This document shows positions 32,902-47,900 of a DNA stretch of 64,000 nucleotides, one piece after another; the stretch's first letter is position 1, and the number at the start of each line of letters is the position of its first letter. The DNA is from Candidatus Woesebacteria bacterium (lineage in GTDB: Bacteria > Patescibacteriota > Microgenomatia > UBA8517): the NCBI GenBank assembly GCA_963716475.1, contig OY970314.1:10479-74478 (forward strand). The letters run 5' to 3'. The translations under genes were made by a program, and so were the position numbers. Below the pieces are notes generated by a model, which had not been told where the DNA came from, did not search any database, and was given only the letters and a program-made list of their open reading frames with translations.

Positions 32902-35900
32902 TTATTGCACTTGTACAATCCACCAGTTAAAACTGACGTCTGTATCAATTGAATTGGCAAAACCGACTACAAATTGCCCCGCCTGCTTACTCTTTACATA
33001 TAGTACGTTGTTCTCTGTCGAGGAGGTCGGGGTTACATAAATAAGCGTGTAGTCCGTAACTTTCGGATTTTTAATTGTGATCTCGCTCGTTCCTGCGGGA
33101 ATTACGGCTTGTCCGACTGTCGAATTTGTCGTAATGACACCGTCTATAATAGTACCCGACTCCGTTGCGTCAGACCCCGCAATCACAAGTTGGGGAGTGG
33201 AAACCGAGCCGAACTGGGCATTTCCGCCGGCGTTAACCGAGGCAACTTCCGAACCGGAACTGTTCTGGAGAGAAAGCAGGGCAGAGGCCGTTGCCGATTC
33301 TTGGTTGTCGGTTGCAGACAATGTTAAACCGGAAGATTTAATACGGCCGGCAACATACAAGTCTCCCGCGATATTAACATTTCCGTGAGTATCGATAGTG
33401 ACTAAGCCTGCCATGATTTCAAGAGGCGCCATGGCCAGAGATTGCAGCTTGAGCGGAGCGGAAAGAGTATCAATGCTATTTACTCCCGAGCCGATTACCA
33501 TATCAGGTCCGACCGTCAAGGCGTTTGTTACCGACAGGGAATTAAAGGCGGCTTGATTTGTAACATAAAGATCGGCAACAGCCAGTTCGTCAAGACTTGC
33601 GGAGTTGGTCGCGGTCAGGACATTCCAATTTGCCGCGTCTTTGAGAAGATTTTGGTCTGCCTGAACACTTGTCAAAAGTGCCTGGATGTCATCCAGACTC
33701 TTGGATTTTATTTCATCTGCGAACAAAGTTCCCGAAACGGATGCGTTACCGGCAAAAGCGGCGTTGCCCTGATTATCAATTGATGCCACCGCGCTCCCAC
33801 TGGCATTCTGGACTACAAATTGTCCTGAAGGAGTTGAGGTTGAACCAACCTGTACTGTTACATCAGTGCCGTCGGCAAGAGGGGAGATGAGTTTTGTTTG
33901 GATGTTGCCCGCGACGAGGCCCGACCTGATAAGTAGATTATCGACAGTTCCCTGGAAAGCCGTAAATCCTTGAGCTACCAAGTTTTGGGCAGTTACCGCG
34001 CCCGAGGTAACATTTTCAGCTACGAAATCAGTGGTTGTAACCACTCCCGCTTTAACGTTTGCCGCAACAACATTGGCAAACGCCCCGATTCTATCAATAA
34101 CAGTTCCACCGTTGGTCAATCGGTATGTACTGGCAGAATCAGTTGCATTGGCAACTGCCTGAATATTCACGTCTCCGATTGATGTAAGGTAGACATCCGG
34201 ATCATACCAGGAGACATTGACGAATGTACTGATTTTGTTGGTATCGGTGACTTGGGTGTAGTTTTCAAGTGCTTTACCGACAACCCGGCCGGGACGGGTA
34301 GCTTTCATAGCCACGCCGGGGGTTGAAGAGGAGGTTAGGAAATCGCCGATATGGATAGGACCATTTTCAAGAGAAACAGCAAGTGGTACACGGCCTGCAA
34401 GGGTAACAACAGCAGTTCCGGCACTTGGAGTGGCGCCACCACTGCCAAGGCTACTATAGCCCGATTTAAAAACGATATTCGGATTGGTGCTTACTATTCC
34501 TATGATGTTAGGATCATAGACTTGCTGGCTCTTGACGACAGTCTCATTTCCACTCCCAGTGGTAACAATTTCGCCGGCTGATAGCGATTCAGAAGTTGGA
34601 TATTCCTCGGCGAGATCGAAGGAAGTGTTATTGGTATCATAGCGGATAGTGCCTGCGACACCTGCAGGACAGGCAGTAACGTCTTGAACACAGACACTGC
34701 CCTTAACATGAAGCGTAGCATTTGGAGTAACCGTACCGATACCAACACTGCCGGCGTTATCAATGGCCATTTTAGCAGACCAGGTTGCGGCACTCCTTGT
34801 CCAAAACTGCATCTCCCCGTCCGTATCGCTGCCATAGCGTACCGCATAAACACCGCCAATGTAATTCGGGCCGGCAGTGTTATCCTGTATTGATAATGTG
34901 ATGCCGGTACCATGAGAATCTGCCATGTCCCCGGTGGTCTTTCCAACTATATCCAACGCGGCAGCAGCAGCAGCTGTGGTGGTAACAGTCCTTGTAAATC
35001 TGCCTGCATAAGTTCCACTGGTGGTGGCAGTTGCCTCGAGCGGAAAACTGGGCGTTGAATTCCCAAGGCCGAGGTTGCCGGCAAAGGAGTTTTTTTCAGT
35101 CCCTGACTGATAGATACCGAAGTTATTTGTAATTGTGCCGACGGTGACACTAGCAGGCAAATAGATAGCGTAGCCATTAGTTATGGTTCCCGTGGCGTTA
35201 TTGTTGGCTACTGCGACTTCAAGAGCATACATACTTGTTACGGCACCCGTTCCTTGTTTTATGGGGCTAAAAACCCCTCCAAGTATGGTGCCGATAGTCC
35301 CACTGGATTGGTTAGTCGGACTAAAGTAACCACCATAAAGAGTGGTAATCGTTCCCGTAGTTGTGTTTTGTGGGGCTACATCCAATCCAACCAGTGCAGC
35401 AAGTGTATTTCCCGTAGTAGCTGAGAAATCGGGTGTAATTAACTCTCCGTAATAAGTGCCTGTATTCGCGGTTGTTTGGGAGCCGTGTATGTAAGTATTC
35501 CAATAGTCAGAACCCGTACTGGCAGAGGTTCCGAGAACGTCAAACATGGCAGCGGGGGCTTCAGCAATACCGACCCCGCCGGTATCGCCATTGATTGTCA
35601 TTAAAGTTGAGAACGTCCCCGTTCCCGTTTGCTGCATGAATTGGTAACCCTGAATTCCCGCATTTGAGTTAGCACGGCGGCTGATGAGATCAAATTCTCC
35701 TTGGCCATTGGTCATGTTAAAAGTCAGTGCTCCTCCGAATCCGGTGGCAAGGGTCGAAAGATCGGCGGCTTGTTCATTATCATTAAAATCAAGTGCAAGA
35801 TAACCGTTATTCGAATTGCTGGAGTTAATATCGAAAGTTGCGTCAGGAGTTGTTGTCCCGATACCAACGATACCAGTAGCGGTAATGTTTAATAAAGAGC

Positions 35901-38900
35901 TCCCTGAAGATGATGCAACATTAAAAGGTGAAATTCCCGCCGTACCCGATACATCCAATTTACTCGTTGCGTTCATATTTCCAACTCCGACTCGGCCGCC
36001 AAAGTAGTTATGTTCACCGGTACCTGCCTGGTATAGACCGTAGTCGTTTGTAATCACGCCGGTTGTAGTACTGTCTTGGATTAGGAGACCATAACCGTAG
36101 TCTACTGTTGCCGAAGCGTTAGTGTTAATCACTCCGGCACGGACTCCAACCAGACTGCTTACTCCACCGGTTCCCTGGTCCATGGCGAGAAAAGAACCTG
36201 CTTCCAGATTAGTAACTGTTCCGCTTGATGTATTGGTTGGACTTGCCTTTACCCCGTAAAGACCGGAGATTGCACCAGTACTTGCATTGTACGGATCAGC
36301 TTCTAATCCGGCAAGTTGGGTAAGCGTATTCCCAGAGGCGGCAGAATAATCTGGGGTCATATATATTCCAATATAAGAGCCCGAATTAGCTGTTGTTTGG
36401 GCACCTAATATATGAATACCGAAATAATTACTACTGGCAAGGATTGAATCATGACTAATCGTAAGATAACCATCAGGTCCTGTCGTCCCAAGGCCGAGGT
36501 TGCCGGTTCCCAGATTAAACCAGGCATTTTGGTTATTGATTCCCGGTACATGGAAGTAAGCCGAGGCAGAGGCAGTATTGCCTACATTGAGTGCATATAA
36601 ATTGTTGGCGGGGGAAAGCGAGACACTGCCGGTTAATTGCCAGTAGTTTGTCATCCCTGCAGGACAGTGGTTACCAGCTGAATCACAGACTTGATTTGCC
36701 CCTTGGAAAAGTGCCTGTCCGTATATATTCCTGAACTCCAGGGATGAAGAAGTACCAATGTCAGAAGCATCGGTTGCACCGGGAATAACATTTCCTGCAT
36801 TTGTGATGACAAATTTCTTTGCCCCTGAAACAGAGGCTGAGAAAATATCTCCGCCTTTAGTCTGATCGACCATCAGGGCAGCCAGTCCGGGATTTCCTGC
36901 TGCCGGGTTTTGAATCAGCCAGCTGCCGTTTGTAAGAAGATTATAAGATCCGGCTGCGGTTGGGCTTGATGGGAAACTGATTGTCGTGGTTCCGTTGCTG
37001 CTTGTTATGATTCTGCTGTCAAGGAATAAAGTTCCATCCAGTTCCAATCCGCCTCCAATCAGAACATCCGAGGAAGCCGAAAGGCTATGGCCGGTAGTTG
37101 CTGACCCGCTAAATCTGGAATAAGCAACATTGGCAAGGTTACCAACTTGGAGTGAGCCTGTTGTCGATCGAATATCACCGGCTACGTCTAAGACTTCCGA
37201 AGGAGCTGTTGTCCCAATGCCGACACTGCCGGTTCCCAGATTAAACCAGGCATTATTGTTGGTAATTCCGGGTACATGGAAGGTGGTTGAGGCTGAGGTG
37301 CTGGCAGTATTTCCTACATTAAGTGCATATAAATTGTTTGCGGGGGAAAGGGAGACACCGCCGGTAAGTTGCCAGTAGTTAGTTCCACCTGCAGGACAGT
37401 TGTCACCGTTACTGTCACAGACCGCATAGTGTGATGCTCCCTCGTAGAAGGTGGTGGCATATACATTTCTCCAGCCGACGGTGGAAGTTCCCAGATCGCT
37501 TACATTATTGGTATTGGGTGCAACATATCCACCGGCTATGTGATTGCTGGGATCAAGTGTTATGTTACCTGTTGAGTTTCCACCGATTACCAATGGATTA
37601 AAGACAGTTGTCTGGATTGTTCCTGTTCCCGCCCTAAAGGCCAGAGTTCCGGAAACTGAAGCATTACCGGCAACGTCAAGCGTTACAATTGGCGTAGTTG
37701 TTCCAATACCGACGTTACCTGTGCCCAGGTTAAACCAGGCGTTTTGGTTATTGATTCCCGGTGCATGGAAGAAAGCCGAGGTGCTGGCAGTGTTACCCAC
37801 ATTAAGTGCATATAAATTGTTGGCGGGGGATAGCGAAACACCGCCGGTTAATTGCCAGTAGTTAGTAATTCCTGCAGGACAACCTGTACCGGTACTGTCA
37901 CAGACAGTGTTTCCTGCCTGGTAAAAGCTGGTTGCATATATATTCCTCCAGCGTAGGGCATTAGTTCCAAGATCGCTTACATTATTGGTATTGGCTGCCA
38001 CATATCCACCGGCTATGTGATTGCTCGGATCAAGGGTTATGTTACCTGTTGAGTTTCCACCGATTACCAATGGATTAAAGACAGTTGTCTGGATGGTTCC
38101 TGTTCCTGCCCTAAAGGCCAGGGTTCCTGAGACAGAGGCATTACCGGCAACATCAAGGGGAGCAGTGGGAGTAGATGTCCCTATTCCGACATTGCCTGCA
38201 AAGTAGTTATTTGAAGCTGTCTGGGAGTAGATTCCGTAGCTCCAGCCAGTCCCTATGTTAACTGCATACCCGGTTCCTGCCCCTGCTGTTATGCCGTCAA
38301 TCTTAATGGCATTCTCGGAAACACCGGATGTCGGAGTAAATCCTACCATTCTATATCCGTTCCAGGTACTACCGCTGCCTACGGTGTTGGAGGTTAAATC
38401 GATTCTTTCGGCACTGGCTTCAATTGCACCCGACCCGGCCACGTAGCTGATTTGTATACCACTTACGCCTGCGGATGTAACCCCGTAACCGGTATTGGCA
38501 ATATTGACCATATCGGCAGTCGGAACGGCTGAGGTTGCGACTTTGATCTGTCCCGTTACATCGGAAACGGTAAGGCCGGCTGCCCAGGTGTTGGATCCTG
38601 ATTTATATGCCAGGGTAAGTGGACCGTATTGGGATCTGATGGCATCTCCGTATCCTACCGTCAGAGTACCGCTCATTGAGGCATCTCCTGTTGCCGCAAA
38701 TACCTGGAACCTGGCAGAAGCAGTTGAGTTTCCTCCTACTGCCAGATCATAATCCGATGAATTCGCGGGAGCTAAAACATGACTGGCAAGTTGCCAGTAG
38801 TTTGTCATTCCGGCAGGACAACCTGTACCGGTACTGTCACAGACAGTGTTTCCTGCCTGGTAAAAGCTGGTTGCATATATATTCCTCCAGCGTAGGGCAT

Positions 38901-41900
38901 TAGTTCCAAGATCGCTTACATTATTGGTATTGGCTGCCACATATCCGCCGGCTATGTGATTGCTCGGATCAAGTGTGATATTACCTGTTGAGTTTCCACC
39001 GATTACCAATGGATTAAAGACAGTTGTCTGGATTGTTCCTGTTCCTGCCCTAAAGGCCAGAGTTCCTGAGAGGGAAGCGGTTCCTGCTATATCTAGGACC
39101 GCTGTTGGAGTAGTTGTCTCAATCCCAATGTTGCTTGCAAAGTAAGCTCCACCCGCACTAGTGATATAAGATACTGCATTAGTGGTATTTGAAGCACGAT
39201 CATAAAGTGTGAATGGGTAAGTGAACGACGGGTCGTGTGTTTGGTCGTTATTAAGCCCCAGCGCGATACTTCCGGTCTGGTTAATCCCAACACCGACTGC
39301 GGTTGCAGCCCTATTTCCAAACCGGACGAATCCTGAAGAGTTGTGTGGAGCGATTGTCAAATCACCATATGTATTATCTGCGTTAATGATATTATATCCG
39401 TTGGTATTTATCTGTAATCCGTTTCCGCCAGTCGAAATCTGAGATACATCTTGGTTTGCATTGCCCGTGTCAGGATTCCAACCAAAGTTAATATTATTGG
39501 TAAGAGCACCCTTATCTAATATGTTCATACCAATTTCGGAGTTGTTATTACTTAGAGAATCCATATCAGCGTAAATTTGGGCTGCTTCGGTTGCTGCCGG
39601 ATAAGCATCTGTTCTTTGTATTACAAAACCTAATGCCGGGCCAAATCCATTAGAGGGACCAGTATCCGAAACAGCTAACGTTGTAATTTCAGTAGGTGTG
39701 GTGCTGTGAACGGCATATTTTACAGACAAAGGTGTAGATGGTGCCGTTGTCCCAATGCCGAGGTTACCGGTTCCCAGGTTAAACCAGGCATTTTGGTTAT
39801 TGATTCCCGGTACATGGAAGTAAGCCGAGGTGCTGGCGGTGTTACCTACATTAAGTGCATATAAATTGTTAGCGGGGGAAAGAGAGACACCGCCTGTTAG
39901 TTGCCAGTAGTTGGTCATTCCGGCAGGACAGTGGTTACCACCGCTGTCACAGACTTGGTAGGCTCCCTGGAACACCGCAGTTGCTGACACGCTGGCAATG
40001 TTGTAGAGACTGTCTCCTGCAAACGAAATAAAATTACTTGCAGCATCAATTGTTATATCTCCCGCCGTATTGGAGAGAGTTGATGTTGCGCCCAGGAGTT
40101 TCAGAGTGCCGTCGTTTGCCAAAACCATCCTTGTTGTTCCCGATGCTGATGCAGTAAGTATATCTTGTGATTCATACTGATCTACCAGGAATGCCGCTTT
40201 CCCGGTCGCGTTGGCTGAGGGTGCAACGACAGAGAGTTTTGAAAATGGAGAGGATGTCCCTATACCTATGTTCCCGAAGCCGTTGGGATTAAGGAGAACA
40301 TTTCCGGTTGTGTTGTAGGTTGAGGAGTTACCGATGGTTATGCTGTTGCGGAGAGTACTTGAAATATTACCGTTTCCGTCAATGAAGGTGGCAACACCGG
40401 CTGTTGAACCGGAGATACTTGCTGTCGGAGTATTTTTCAGAACGTTAATGAATGCAAACTTGGCACTGGCTGTGGCACTGTTCCCGATTAAAAGATCCAT
40501 AGTGGTATTACCCGGATATATGGTTCCGAGGCCAAGGGCCCAGTAGTTAACTCCGGTAGCAGGACAGTTGTCTCCGTTACTGTTACAGACCGCATAGTGT
40601 GATGCTCCCTCGTAGAAGGTGGTGGCATATACATTTCTCCAAAGTAGAGAGGAAGTTCCAAGATCAGATACGTTAGTAGTATTGGCTGCCACATATCCAC
40701 CGGCTATGTGATTGCTCGGATCAAGTGTAATGTTACCTGTTGAGTTTCCACCGATTACCAATGGATTAAAGACAGTTGTCTGGATGGTTCCTGTTCCTGC
40801 CCTAAAGGCCAGGGTTCCGGAGACAGAGGCCATTACCGGCAACATCAAGGGGAGCAGTGGGAGAAGTTGTCCCTATTCCGACATTGCCTGCAAAGTAGTT
40901 ATTTGAAGCTGTCTGGGAGTAGATTCCGTAGCTCCAGCCAGTCCCTATGTTAACTGCATACCCGGTTCCTGCCCCTGCTGTTATGCCGTCAATCTTAATG
41001 GCATTCTCGGAAACACCGGATGTCGGAGTAAATCCTACCATTCTATATCCGTTCCAGGTACTGCCGCTGCCTACGGTGTTGGAGGTTAAATCGATTCTTT
41101 CGGCACTGGCTTCAATTGCACCCGACCCGGCCACGTAGCTGATTTGTATACCACTTACGCCTGCGGATGTAACCCCGTAACCGGTATTGGCAATATTGAC
41201 CATATCGGCAGTCGGAACGGCTGAGGTTGCGACTTTGATCTGTCCCGTTACATCGGAAACGGTAAGGCCGGCTGCCCAGGTGTTGGATCCTGATTTATAT
41301 GCCAGGGTAAGTGGACCGTATTGGGATCTGATGGCATCTCCGTATCCTACCGTCAGAGTACCGCTCATTGAGGCATCTCCTGTTGCCGCAAATACCTGGA
41401 ACCTGGCAGAAGCAGTTGAGTTTCCTCCTACTGCCAGATCATAATCCGATGAATTTGCAGGAGCCAGTACATGATTGGCAAGTTGCCAGTAGTTTATTCC
41501 GCTACAGCCGGATACACCTCCACCCGCATCACAGACCTGGTTTGCTCCCTGATATATGGTTGTTCCTTTGATATTTGTGCCATATATATTCCTCCAAAGT
41601 AATGAAGATGTTCCAAGATCAGATACGTTAGTAGTATTGGCTGCCACATACCCGCCGGCTATGTGATTGCTCGGATCAAGTGTAATGTTGCCTGTTGAGT
41701 TTCCACCGATTACCAACGGATTAAAGACAGTTGTCTGGATTGTTCCTGTTCCTGCCCTAAAGGCCAGGGTTCCTGAGACAGAGGCATTACCGGCAACATC
41801 CAATAGGGCAGTGGGGGAGGTTGTACCTATACCAACGTTGCCAGTACCTTTAAAAGTCACATTTCTGGTAAATGATGAGCTGGAACCGTATCCGAAAGAA

Positions 41901-44900
41901 ATATCGCCGCTGGAATCATAGGCGAATTCCTGAAGCAAACTGCTTTGTATACCGAATCCATAACCGGTTCCAGAACCGGCATCATAAAGAGCGATTTTGT
42001 TACCCAAAGTGGTTCCAAGTGAAAGTGGAAAGCTTGGGTTCGTTGTCCCAATACCAACATTGCCCGTTGCGGCTACATTTAATATTGAAGTTCCTGAAGA
42101 TGAGGCAACATTGAGCGGAGAAACCCCTGCCGTACCTAGGACATCCAGTTTACTTGCTGGGTTATTTATCCCAATGCCGACTTTACCACCTGTTATTCCC
42201 AAATCGCCGCTACTATTAACACCAAAATCTACATTGTTGAAATACGTTCCTTCTGTTAACCGTAATGCAATAGAGGAACTGGTTGTAATTCGGGCAGCCA
42301 AAGCGCTACCTGCTTCAACCTGGAGTTTATAGACAGGTGCTGTTGTCCCAATACCGATGTTGCCGGTTGAAGCCACGTTTAATAATGATCCGCCCGATGA
42401 TGATGCAACATTAAATGGAGAAACTCCTACTAAACCTAGAATGTCCAATCTGCTGACTGGTGTTGTTCCGATGCCAATATTTCCACCGGTAGGATTTAAT
42501 ACCAAGTCACCAAAAACTGAACCCTCGGCCGCTATTGATTGAATGGCGTTAACTCCGGATGTGTCCGCACTTCTCCCCATGCGTAGATAAGTCCCTCCTG
42601 TGTCGGTATTACCAACGGCAAATGGCCAATAATATCCGCTTGCAGACGATCCCAGAGGGCGCACCTGCAAAGAAGTGGTTGGGCTTGTTGTCCCAATACC
42701 CAGGTCGCCAGTCCCTAAGTTAAACCAGGCATTATTGTTGGTAATTCCAGGTACATGGAAGGTGGTTGAGGCTGAAGTGCTGGCGGTATTGCCTATATTA
42801 AGTGCATATAAATTGTTGGCGGGGGAAAGGGAGACACCGCCTGTTAGTTGCCAGTAGTTGGTTCCGCCGCAGCCGGATACACCTCCACCCGCATCACAGA
42901 CCTGGTTTACTCCCTGGTATAGTTTCTGTGCATATATGTTCCTGAATTCCAAAGAGGAGGAAGTACCAAGGTCTATAGCATTATTGGCGCCGGGAACAAC
43001 ATTACCTGCATTAGTGGAAGGAGAGAGGATAATATTACCCGTGTTATTTCCTCCTATGGTTAAAGGACTAAAGGCTGTTGTTTGAATGTATCCTGTCCCT
43101 GCCCTGAATGCCAGAGTTCCTGAGACTGAAGCATTGCCATTGACATCAAGTGCTACTGATGGAGTAGTTGTTCCAATTCCAACATATCCGTTTATATCAG
43201 TTAGAGTTAATCCTGCAACAAAGGAATTTGAACCCGATTTGTAACGTAAAGTAAGAGGACCGTAAGCGGGTTGAATACCGTTTCCATAGCCAATAGTTAG
43301 TGATCCGGACATACTGGCATCTCCTGTTGCCGCAAATACCTGGAACCTGGCAGAAGCAGTTGAGTTTCCTCCTACTGCCAGATCATAATCCGATGAATTT
43401 GCAGGAGCTAAAACATGGTTGGCAAGTTGCCAGTAGTTTATTCCGCTACAGCCGGATACACCTCCGCCTGCATCACAGACCTGGTTTGCTCCCTGATATA
43501 TGGTTGTTCCTTTGATATTTGTGCCATATATATTCCTCCAAAGTAATGAAGATGTTCCAAGATCAGATACGTTAGTAGTATTGGCTGCCACATACCCGCC
43601 GGCTATGTGATTGCTCGGATCAAGTGTAATGTTGCCTGTTGAGTTTCCACCGATTACCAACGGATTAAAGACAGTTGTCTGGATTGTTCCTGTTCCTGCC
43701 CTAAAGGCCAGAGTTCCGGAAACTGAAGCCGCTCCGGCAACATCAAGGGGAGCAGTGGGTGAAGTTGTCCCTATTCCGACATTGCCTGCAAAGTAGTTAT
43801 TTGAAGCTGTCTGGGAGTAGATTCCGTAGCTCCAGCCAGTCCCTATGTTAACTGCATACCCGGTTCCTGCCCCTGCTGTTATGCCGTCAATCTTAATGGC
43901 ATTCTCGGAAACACCGGACGTCGGGGTAAATCCTACCATTCTATATCCGTTCCAGGTACTGCCGCTGCCTACGGTGTTGGAGGTTAAATCGATTCTTTCG
44001 GCACTGGCTTCAATTGCACCTGAACCTGCCACGTAGGTGAGCTGTATGGCACTACTTCCTGCCGTGGTAACCGGGTAACCCGTGTTGCTAACGGTAAACA
44101 CATCAGTAGTCGGAGCAACAGAGGCTGCAATTTTGACTGCTCCAGTTACATCGGCAATAGTTAACCCGGGTGACCAGGTATTGGATCCTGATTTATAATT
44201 CAAGGTGAGTGGGCCGTATGCACTTTGTATGGCTTGTCCGTTGGCAATCGTCAGAGTACCGCTCATTGAGGCATTACCTGTTGCTGCAAATACCTGGAAC
44301 CTGGCAGAAGCAGTTGAGTTTCCTCCTACTGCCAGATCATAATCCGATGAATTTGCAGGAGCTAAAACATGGTTGGCAAGTTGCCAGTAGTTTATTCCGC
44401 TACAGCCTGATACACCTCCGCCTGCATCACAGACCTGGTTTACGCCCTGATATAGTTTCTGTGCATATATGTTCCTGAATTCCAGAGAAGAGGAAGTACC
44501 TAAATCAGTTCTGTCTGTGATACCCGGAGAGACATTTCCTCCTGTTATATTATTGGAAGGAGCAAGGACAATGTTGCCTGTTGTTGTTCCCCCAATGGTT
44601 AAAGGACTAAAGGTGTTTGTCTGGATGGATGATGCTCCTGCATGGAATAAAAGACCGCTTACGGATGCATTTCCGTAAACATCCAGGTTGACACCTGGAA
44701 CACCTCCTATACCAAGCCAACCTTGTATAAAAACATTGCCATTGGTAAAATAGCCTGCCCAATTCGTAGTCCCGCCTGTGGCGGTACCGTAGACGCCATA
44801 ATTTGTTGCGGATCCTTGTGCGTTCCCCTCGACCCCATAGACATTACTATTGCCTTTGGCGACGCCGAGTACGCCAATATTGGATCCTAAAGTACTGAGA

Positions 44901-47900
44901 GCATTGCCGGTGATAGCGGTTTGGCTGCTGTCATTGGTGGTGGTGATTAAACCAGCGCCGTAACCGATAGCTGCTAATATTTCTAATTTTGCTGTTGGTG
45001 CCGTTGTTCCAATACCAACATTGCCAAGCGAAGCCACGGGATTAAGAAGTATATTTCCGGTGGTGTCGTAGGTTGATGAATTTCCAAGAACTAGATTGTT
45101 ACGGTTTGTTGTGGATATATTTCCGTTGCCGTCAATAAAAGTAGCTACCCCTGCAGTTGTTCCTGCGATACTGGCTGTGGGTGTTCCTCCTGTGGGAATA
45201 CCTGTGAAAGCAAACTTGGCACTGGTGGTGGCTGTTGCCGCCGTGGCACCAAAGAAAACATTAACAGTATTATTAAGTGGGTAAATGGATCCTAGGGATT
45301 GTCCCCAGATGGTAGCTCCTGCGGGGCATCCTGTGCCTCCCGCATCACAGACCTGATTTGCTCCCTGATATATGGTTGTTCCTTTGATATTTGTGCCATA
45401 TATATTCCTCCAAAGTAGGGAAGAAGTTCCAAGGTCGCTTACATTTGTGGTATTTGGTGCCACATATCCGCCGGCGATGTGATTGCTCGGATCGAGTGTG
45501 ATATTACCTGTTGAATTTCCACCAATGACCAGTGGATTAAAAGCAGTGGTTTGGATAGTTGGTGAACCGGCTGTTCTAAAGGTTAGTGATCCCGATACTG
45601 AGGCTGCTCCGGCCACATCAAGCGTGGAGGTTGGAGCAGTTGTACCGATTCCGACCCTGGAGTTATTGGTATCAAGTGACATAAGAGTGGATTCAAAAGA
45701 AAGGGCATTGACGGTAGCATTTTTAAGATCAAGGTTTGGTGTGCTGTTACTGAGTGTCCAGGTATTGGGCCAGATGGTTAAGCTGTCACCCGTGGCATCT
45801 CCAAGTGTGGTATTACCCTGGATTGTTCCTGCATTTAGAATGGCATTCCCTGAAGAATCAATAGAGTAGGTAGTTCCGTTAAAGTAAAGGTATCCTGCCC
45901 CGGTTGTTAAGTTGGCTCCGTTGGCAGTTAGGGCAGTTGAACCTCTGGAGTTAATGATGACATTACCTGTGGAAGTGCCTCCGAGTGTCAGGTCCTGGGC
46001 TTTGGTTGTTGATAAGACTCCGTTACCCGTCAGGTAAGTGGCATACCCTGCGGCACTTCCCGCAATACTGGCTGTGGGAGTTCCACCGGTATTTACCCCT
46101 GTGAAAGCAAACTTGGCAGAGGAGGTGGCAGTTGAACCGATGAGAAGATCAACGCTGCTATTCTTGGGATATATGGCTCCGGCGGCTACGCTCCAGAGAT
46201 CGGTAGCTGCCGCACAGTTTCCAGAAGAATCACAAACTGCATTGTTACCGGCTCCCTGGTAGAATGACGTGGCATATATATTCCTCCAGAGCAGGGAAGA
46301 AGTACCAAGGTCAGATACATTTGTGGTATTTGGTGCAACATATCCGCCGGCGATGTGGTTAGAAGGATCGAGCGTGATATTACCGGTTGAATTTCCACCA
46401 ATGACCAGTGGATTAAAAGCAGTGGTTTGGATGGTTGGTGAACCGGCTGTTCTAAAGGTTAGTGATCCTGATACTGAGGCTGCTCCGGCTACATCAAGTG
46501 TGGAGGTTGGAGCAGTTGTACCGATTCCGACCCTGCCTGTTCCCAAATTAAACCAAGCATCCGCATTATTGGTTCCGGGTACGTGGAAGTAGGCTGAGGT
46601 ACTGGCAGTGTTACCTACATTAAATGCATATGTTGAGTTAGCAGGGGATAGTGAGACCCCGCCGGTTAGTTGCCAGTAGTTAGTTCCGAGTGTGGCAGGA
46701 TCACTCCAAGTATTGACTCCTCCTGCAGCTGAAGTTAGGAGATATCCTGAGGCACCGGCTACTCCTCCCGGAAGTAGGGCATTGGAGTACGAGACGTTGC
46801 CGATTCCTGCTAAAGCATTACCACTACCTACATTCAGGGAAGCAGACATTGTGGCGTAACCTGTTAAATTGAAGTTTCCATTTACATCCAGTAATTGTGA
46901 TGGGGAGGTGGTACCAATACCTACGTTGCCTGCGTTTGTTATTCTCATCTTTTCTGTTAATGCTCCTCCGGAAGAATTAGAAGTTAAAAATTGCATATAA
47001 CCGGCGGCATTTCCATCCGAGGCGTTTTCCTTTCTGCCAGCTAGACCTGCGAATGGAGTTGAAACTCCGCCGGAAGAGTAAATACCACCAATAGAAATTT
47101 GGCCGCCCTTGTCTATTGCATAAGCGTCCGTCGAAGAAACATAAACATTTCCTTTTGAGTTAAGAGCCTGGTTTGCACCGGCGGCATGTAATATGGCTAG
47201 GGGAGACGTTGTCCCAATTCCCACACTCCCGGCCGCATCAATAATAACCTTTGTTGTAGAGCTATTGACAAACTCAGCGAGAGTCCCGCTTGCAGCGGCT
47301 GAGTTAACTTCTACGTGTAGTCCTACGATTGTAGAGGAAAGGTTTTGAGCTCCGGCTTTAAACCAGCCTGCATATGCTTTATCTCCGGCGACGTCTCCCG
47401 TACCTCGGGCAGTACCAATAACCCCGTAATTTATTCCTGTCCCAGTGCCAAGAGTTCTTCCTTCTGTACCCAATATGGCGAAATTTGTTCCCGACGGTTC
47501 ATATCCCGTAGATGCACCCTGGACATACAGTTTTGCTGTCGGAGCGGTGACTCCAACTCCCACATTTCCAGTTCCCAGATTAAACCAGGCATTATTGTTG
47601 GTAATTCCGGGTACATGGAAGGTGGTTGAGGCTGAAGTGCTGGCGGTATTGCCTATATTAAGTGCATATAAATTATTGGCAGGGGAAAGGGAGACCCCAC
47701 CTGTTAGTTGCCAGTAGTTGGTACAACCTGAGCCGCTACTGTCGCACACCTGGTTTACTCCCTGATATAGTTTCTGCCCATATATGTTTCTGAACTCCAG
47801 GGAAGAGGAAGTACCAAGATCTGTTTTATCTGTGGAGCCCGGGGAGACATTACCTCCCAAAACATTATTTAAAGGAGCGAGGACGATATTGCCCGTTGTA

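Noticed and set aside
32902-40848. Independent 2648-aa gene starting MMLPVM
   Set aside because: No signal peptide and it starts mid-repeat; it is the continuation of the upstream ORF across a one-base insertion.
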